Under the pieces are notes generated by a model. The model was not told the DNA's origin. It did no database searches and saw only the letters and a list, made by a program, of their open reading frames with translations. Below are positions 57,760-64,000 of a stretch of 64,000 nt of DNA, one piece after another. The DNA comes from Octopus vulgaris (Eukaryota): contig OX597839.1 of the NCBI GenBank assembly GCA_951406725.2, positions 10,912,001 to 10,976,000 on the forward strand, given 5' to 3'. Positions within the stretch are counted from its first letter, which is position 1. Every line of letters begins with the position of its first letter. The position numbers were made by a program, and so were the translations under genes.

Positions 57760-59010
57760 TATGGTGCTAGTAGTAGTGTCACAGTTATTCATGGTGATGG
57801 TTGTAGTTGAGCTCGGGAATGATGTTTAGATGGTGTCAATGGTAGTGTTGGTGGTGGTAGTTTTGGTATAGTGCTGACAATGTGTGGGTGGTAGTAGCTG
57901 TAGTGATGATGGTTGTGGTGGTGTTAGTGAGGTAAATATAGTAGTGACAGTAGTGGTGGTGAGTGGTGAGGATGGTAGAAGTGATTGTTGAGATAATGGT
58001 AGTCGGTATGGTAGTGGTGGTAATGATTGTCAAGATAGTGGTGATTGTGGTTGTGGAGACAGTGGTAGTGGTGGTGTTGGTAAGGTAATGGTGGTAGTGT
58101 TGGTGATGGTGGTGTTGGTGATGGTGGTGTTGGTGGTGGTTGTAGTGGTGAAGATAGCAATGTTGCCAGTGGTGGTTGTAAAGATAGTAGTGTTGGTAGT
58201 GGTGTGGTGGTGGTGATGGTTGTGGTAGTGCTTATGGAGACAGTGGTGATGTTGGTGAGGAAGTGTTGGTAGTGGTGGTGGTGTGTGCAAGTGATGTTGA
58301 GTCAGACAGTGGAGTGGAGTAGGTGTGGATAGTAAGAGGAAGGAGGACAGGTGGGAGGGGGGGCTATCTGTTAACAATGGAGGGAAAGAGGTGGGATGAG
58401 GAAGGTGGGGGGGTGAAGCATCATCCCTCTCCCCCACCCACTCCCACCGGAAACTAATGATTTTATCTGGGATGATGGTAATAGTGATGATGATGATGAT
58501 GATGATGATTAAGAAGAAAAGGAAGAGAAAGAAACATGATTTTCATCTCAGATGATGATGATGATGATGTTGATAAATAGAAAGGGAAAAGGAGGAGAAC
58601 AATGTTGACAAGAGTTATTACTCCTATGCTAGAGTTACTACTACCACCACAACCACCACTAATACTACAACCATCAATCATCACCACTAATACTACAACC
58701 ATCAATCATCACCACCACTACTACCACCACCATCAATACAATTACTACTACCATCACCACCACCACCACCACCACCACCACTACTGCCACCAACTCTACT
58801 ACTACTACAATTACTACAACCACCACTACCACTAATACTACGACTACAGCTACTGCAATTACTACTTCTGCTACCACAATCAATACCACTACTGTTACCA
58901 CCACCACCACCACCACCACCACCACTACTACCTCAACTACTACGACTATGACTATTACAATTACTACTACTACCACAAGCACCACCACCACCACTACTAC
59001 CACCACTAGA
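57650..59010. repeat. Degenerate GGT/AGT/ACC trinucleotide low-complexity region
   Basis: Direct inspection. Confidence 0.85.
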
Positions 59011-59760
59011 ATGATGACAACAAGAGCATGCTGCTGTTTAGCCCCAGGTCAACCCTACATTTAGAAAGTGAGAAATACCAGCTACGACTGTTCTATGTCA
59101 TTTTTGTATTTCAAAGACTTTACTGTTTGATGCACCTTTTATTATTCTGAGACTTGTAGGGCATGATTTGAGGGTAATTTAGTTACTATTTCTGGCTGAT
59201 TGTTGGCTTTTCAGTGTTTAGTTGTGTCTTCTTATGTGCTGGGATCAAGACATCCCTGTGTCAATTTTATCATTTTACTTTGCAAATGGTCATTAAAATA
59301 AGTAGCATACAAAAATAGGTAAAAATGAGGGTTGGGCTATGTGGTTAACAAGTTACTTTCCCAAACACATGGTTCCGAGTTCAGTTCCACTGTATGACAC
59401 ACTGTGTATCTTCTACTTTAGTCCCAGACTGACCAAAGCCTTGTGAGTAGATTTGGTAAACAGAAAATGAAAGAAACCCATCATATGTATATACCTCTAT
59501 ATACATATATATGTTTTCAAGTACTTTGGTTTTCTGGGAGCCCCTTTTAAAGTAGAAGGAATAGCTAAGATTTTTTTACTGCTATTTCTAAACTTTGGTA
59601 TGTGGTAAAGCAAATCTTTGCTGAACCCTAATTATAAAGTATTACTTAAGCTTACCATGAAATGGTCTTTTTCATGCCAAATTCTACTTGGTGAAATTAC
59701 TGATTACTTCTTAATTAATTAATTTTACCCTTTGTAATATATATATATATATATATATTT

Positions 59761-60058
59761 TGTTGTGTCTGGGGAGAGTCATTCTCTTTTAGTGCCTTAT
59801 TATTTAACACACTCACCGGTAAAATTTCCACTTATTTCGTCTTTTTATTTTCTAAAATTTTGAGAGTCAAAACTATTGAAATGGTTGCAAGACGCAACGA
59901 AAATTTTAGAAAATAAAAATAAGAAATAAGTGGAAATTTTACCAGTGAGTGTGTTAAATAATAAGGCACTAAAAGAGAATGACTCTCCCCAGACACAACA
60001 GAGTATGCTTCAACACACAAACTCATATAATGAATCTTGCAAACCAAATCCCAAAACG

Positions 60059-60060
<2 letters not shown>
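59761..60060 (+). mobile_element. Penelope-like inverted terminal repeat pair with hammerhead remnant and ORF start
   Basis: Arms 59761-59861 / 59900-60000; hammerhead-like 59873-59909; ATGAATCTTGCAAACCAAATC (MNLANQI) near 60030 matches the ORF remnant at 45905 (-). Confidence 0.65.
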
Positions 60061-60119
<59 letters not shown>

Positions 60120-60186
60120 CAAAATAAGCAACAAGAATGACTGCAGTAATTTGGTACGATTGTTTTGTACTACATCATTTTATTAA

Positions 60187-60407
60187 CCCTTTAGTGTTCG
60201 CATTATTCTGCCAAAATTTATGCTTTTTTATCCACACTGTTTTGAACTGATCATGCATTATCTTGTAGCGAAGAGATTTTGATGAGGAAGCTGTTAATTT
60301 CTAAAACGATATTGTAGGGTTGGTGTGAGAGACCAAATCTGGCCAGTTTGCACATAAAACAGGCAGAATACTTTTGGCTGGATATGGCCGGTTTAAATAC
60401 TAAAGGG
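60187..60407. mobile_element. piggyBac-type MITE
   Basis: TTAA|CCCTTTAGT...ACTAAAGGG|TTAA. Confidence 0.85.
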
Positions 60408-61564
60408 TTAAATGTTGTAAGTATTACTACAGATTTAAGATGCTGAGTACACGTCAGCCAATTATAGTGGTTTTCCATTAATACAAAAATCTGTTGTAAT
60501 ACTTACAACATTTAATAAAATGATGTAGTACGAAACGATCGTACCAAATTACCGGAGTCATTCTTGTTGCTTATTTTGATTATAATCATCCAACAAATTT
60601 TTATGGATTTCACCATACAAAATTCTGATGCAAAATTCTGTGGTGGTGGAGGTGTTGGTTGTGGTTGTGGTGGTGTTGGTTGTGGTGATGGTGACAACGA
60701 CAATGATGGTGATGGTGGTGGTGGTGGTGGTGGTTGTGGTTATGTTAGTAGTGGTGACAATGACAATGATGATGATGATCTTGACGGTGGTGGTTGTGGT
60801 GGTGGTGGTGATTGTGGTGGTGGTGGTGGTGGTTATGTTGGTAGTGGTGGTGACAATGATGATGATGATGATGGTGATGGTGGTGGTGGTTGTGGTGGTG
60901 GTGGAGGTGGTGGTTGTGGTGGTAGTGGTGGTGGTGGTGATATTGAGTATTATATTATCTAATGTGCCATTCTCTTTTTTTTTCAAAGGAACATCTGTCT
61001 GGTGGGATCTGATGCAATATGGTGTGGTGTTCTTCACTAAGGTATGGTGCATTATTTGATATGCTATGTATGGCAATCTGTGATACATTATAATGTTGTG
61101 TAGTGTAGTATAGTATGATGCAATATAGTATGGTATGGTAAAGCAACATGAATTATATAGTATGGTGCAAAGTGCTATGGTGTTGTGTAGTATACTGTGT
61201 ATGGTATGATATTTACCTAGCTCTGTGTCGGTTATGATGAGGAGGGTTCCAGTTAATTAAATCCTAGGTAAACACATACACACACACACACATACATGCA
61301 CATATGCATGCACACACATGCACACACTCTCATACACGCACGCATACAAGCACACACACATACACACACGCATTCACACACACATACACGCATGCATGCA
61401 TGCACACACATGCACCCGCACACATACATGTACGCATGCACACACACACACACACATACACACACACACACACAGGTACTCCATCAGTTCAAGTGAAGGT
61501 GCAAGGCTCAGTGGTTAGAGTGTCAGCCTCACAATCATGAGGTAGTGAGTTCAATTTCCTCTCC

Positions 61565-61918
61565 CAAATACACTCACGAGGCTTTGGTTGGCCCAAAGCT
61601 ACAGTAGAAAGCACTTGCCTAAGGTTTAACATACAGGAGCTGAACCTGGAAACCATGTGGTTGGGAAGCGAACTTCTTACAACACAGTCATGCCTGAGCC
61701 TCTTTTCTCTCTTTTTCTCTTTTACTTGTTTCAGTCCTTTGACTGCGGCCATGCTGGAGCACCGCCTTTAATCGAGCAACTCGACCCCGGGACTTATTCT
61801 TTTGTAAGCCCAGTACTTATTCTATCGGTCTCTTTTGCCGAACCGCTAAGTGACAGGGACATAAACACACCAGCATCGGTTGTCAAGCAATGCAAGGGGG
61901 ACAAACACAGACACACAA

Positions 61919-61959
<41 letters not shown>

Positions 61960-62121
61960 TACGACGGGCTTCTTTCAGTTTCCGTCTACCAAATCTACTC
62001 ACAAGGCTTTGGTCGGCCCGAGGATATAGTAGAAGACACTTGCCCAGGGGCCACGCAGTGGGAATGAACCCGGAACCATGTGGTTGGTAAACAAGCTACT
62101 TACCATACAGCCACTCCTGCG

Positions 62122-62164
<43 letters not shown>

Positions 62165-62315
62165 ACAGGATTCTTTCAGTTTCCATGTACCAAATCCACC
62201 CACAAGGCCCGAGGCTATAGTAGAAAACACTTGCTGAAGGTGCTACGCAGTGAGACTGGACCCGAAAACCAAGTGGCCGAGGAGCAAGCTCCTTACCACA
62301 CAGCCACGCCTGCAC
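61565..62315 (-). mobile_element. Three adjacent SINE family A copies (full length at 61712-62120)
   Basis: Colinear matches to other copies. Confidence 0.85.
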
Positions 62316-63029
62316 CCTATGCCATGGTGTGGTGGAGTGGAATAAATGTAGTATGGGATGTTGTGATGTGGTGTATAATGGTGTAGTGAGGTGGCACCAA
62401 TAAAATATATTGTGATGTCTTTCAGATGAGAGACTGACATTTGATTTTAATGAGTTCTCCCCAATATAACTGACTGCTCAACTACACACACACACACACA
62501 CACACACATGCATACACACACACACACACAAGCGTACACACATACACCTGCATACACATCCAAACACACACACACACACACAAAGACACACATATACACA
62601 CACAAACACAAACATATACACACATGCACATATATACACACAAACACACATGCATGTACACACACACGCACACACACGTACACACCACATGCATACACAC
62701 ACACACATATAGACACACAAATACAAACATATACACACATACACGTATATACATACAAACACACGTGCATACACACACACACACGCGCGTGCACACACAC
62801 ACACAAGTACCTTCAGTCACACCTCTCCCTCCCTCCTCTCTCTCTCTCTCTCTCTCTTTCTCTCTTTATGTCTGCTGCTGTGGTTGATGGCTGAGTGGGT
62901 GACTACCAGGGAAAGGCAGCAGGAGGAGGAAAGGAAGCAGCCCCCACCATCCTTTCCTCCTACCCCCACCCATTACCACCACTACCACAATATGCAGAGA
63001 GAACCCACAGCCATACAACGCCACCTGCC

Positions 63030-63615
63030 GATACCACCACCATCACCACCACTGCCACCATAACCACAACCACCACCACTACCATACCACCACTACCCAT
63101 GTCACTAGCATCATTGAACACTACAACCATCACCACCACCACCACTTTCACAACTGCCACCACCGCCACCACTTTAACTACCACCATGACTGCTGTGACT
63201 ATCACCACTATCACCATCACGACCACTACTATTACCACCACCACTATGACTGCTACAACTATCACCGCCACCATCACAACCACCACACATACCATCATGA
63301 CTGCTACCACCACCACCACCACCACCATCATGATCATCATCATCATTGTCACCACCACTACCAACATAACCACCATCATGATCATCATCATCATTGTCAT
63401 TGTCACCACCACTACCAACATAACCACCACCACCACAACCACCACCACCACCATCAAGACTGCTACAACTATCACCACCACCATCACCACCACCATCACA
63501 GCCACCACCGCTGCACCATGACGACAACCACCACAAATATCATCATGACTGCTACCACCACCACCACCACCACCACCACCACCACCGCTGCCGCCACCAC
63601 CGCCACCACCACTGC
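63030..63615. repeat. Degenerate (ACC)n low-complexity region
   Basis: Direct inspection. Confidence 0.85.
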
Positions 63616-64000
63616 ACAATTCATGAGATTGCATGCAAATGCATGTATGCAAATGAACGCAACAAAATATGTACATTGACCATCAGATCACAGAAGTCTG
63701 TCTCTTCTCGGTGGATGGCGAGTGTATATATATGACATTAATATTGGTGAGAGTCCTGTAATTGAAATGAGAATTCCCGTGACACATGAAAACATACACA
63801 CACACACATTCATAGACATAGACACGCACTTACGCGTACAGAGGCACGCATGCACGTACACACGAACAGGGATGTGCATGGATATTTAAATGAATACACA
63901 ATATGTATTTAAATGTGGAGATATCTATGCATGCACATGCGTGTACAGACATGTATGTATGCATTATCTTATACTTAAACACACATGCATATATATACAT

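Noticed and set aside
62895-63676. Mucin-like Thr-rich or Val-rich ORFs (also 25893-26521, 33992-34418, 60558-61088)
   Set aside because: Degenerate trinucleotide repeats open on both strands, with no signal peptide, domain or splice support.

Overview
Eukaryotic, extremely repeat-rich DNA with no confidently identifiable host protein-coding gene; most ORF-track entries are translations of (TA)n, (CA)n, (TACA)n or trinucleotide microsatellites. The mix of tRNA-derived SINEs and very large microsatellite tracts resembles an octopus (coleoid cephalopod) genome; this is an inference. The window holds dozens of SINE copies of several modular families, decayed fragments of non-LTR retrotransposons (Hero, R4/Dong, CR1, RTE, Penelope-like), DD41D Tc1/mariner remnants, piggyBac-, mariner- and 8-bp-TSD MITEs, and non-autonomous Helitrons. 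The most striking signal is RNA structure. The 3' UTR of a Hero-type retrotransposon (minus strand, 9402-9493) contains all hammerhead ribozyme core elements with fully paired stems, but in a non-circularly permuted (pseudoknotted) order. Six minimal Penelope-type hammerheads are also visible, including a head-to-head inverted pair with a U3-A8 covariant core. All pairings and translations were read by eye; no searches or folding programs were run.
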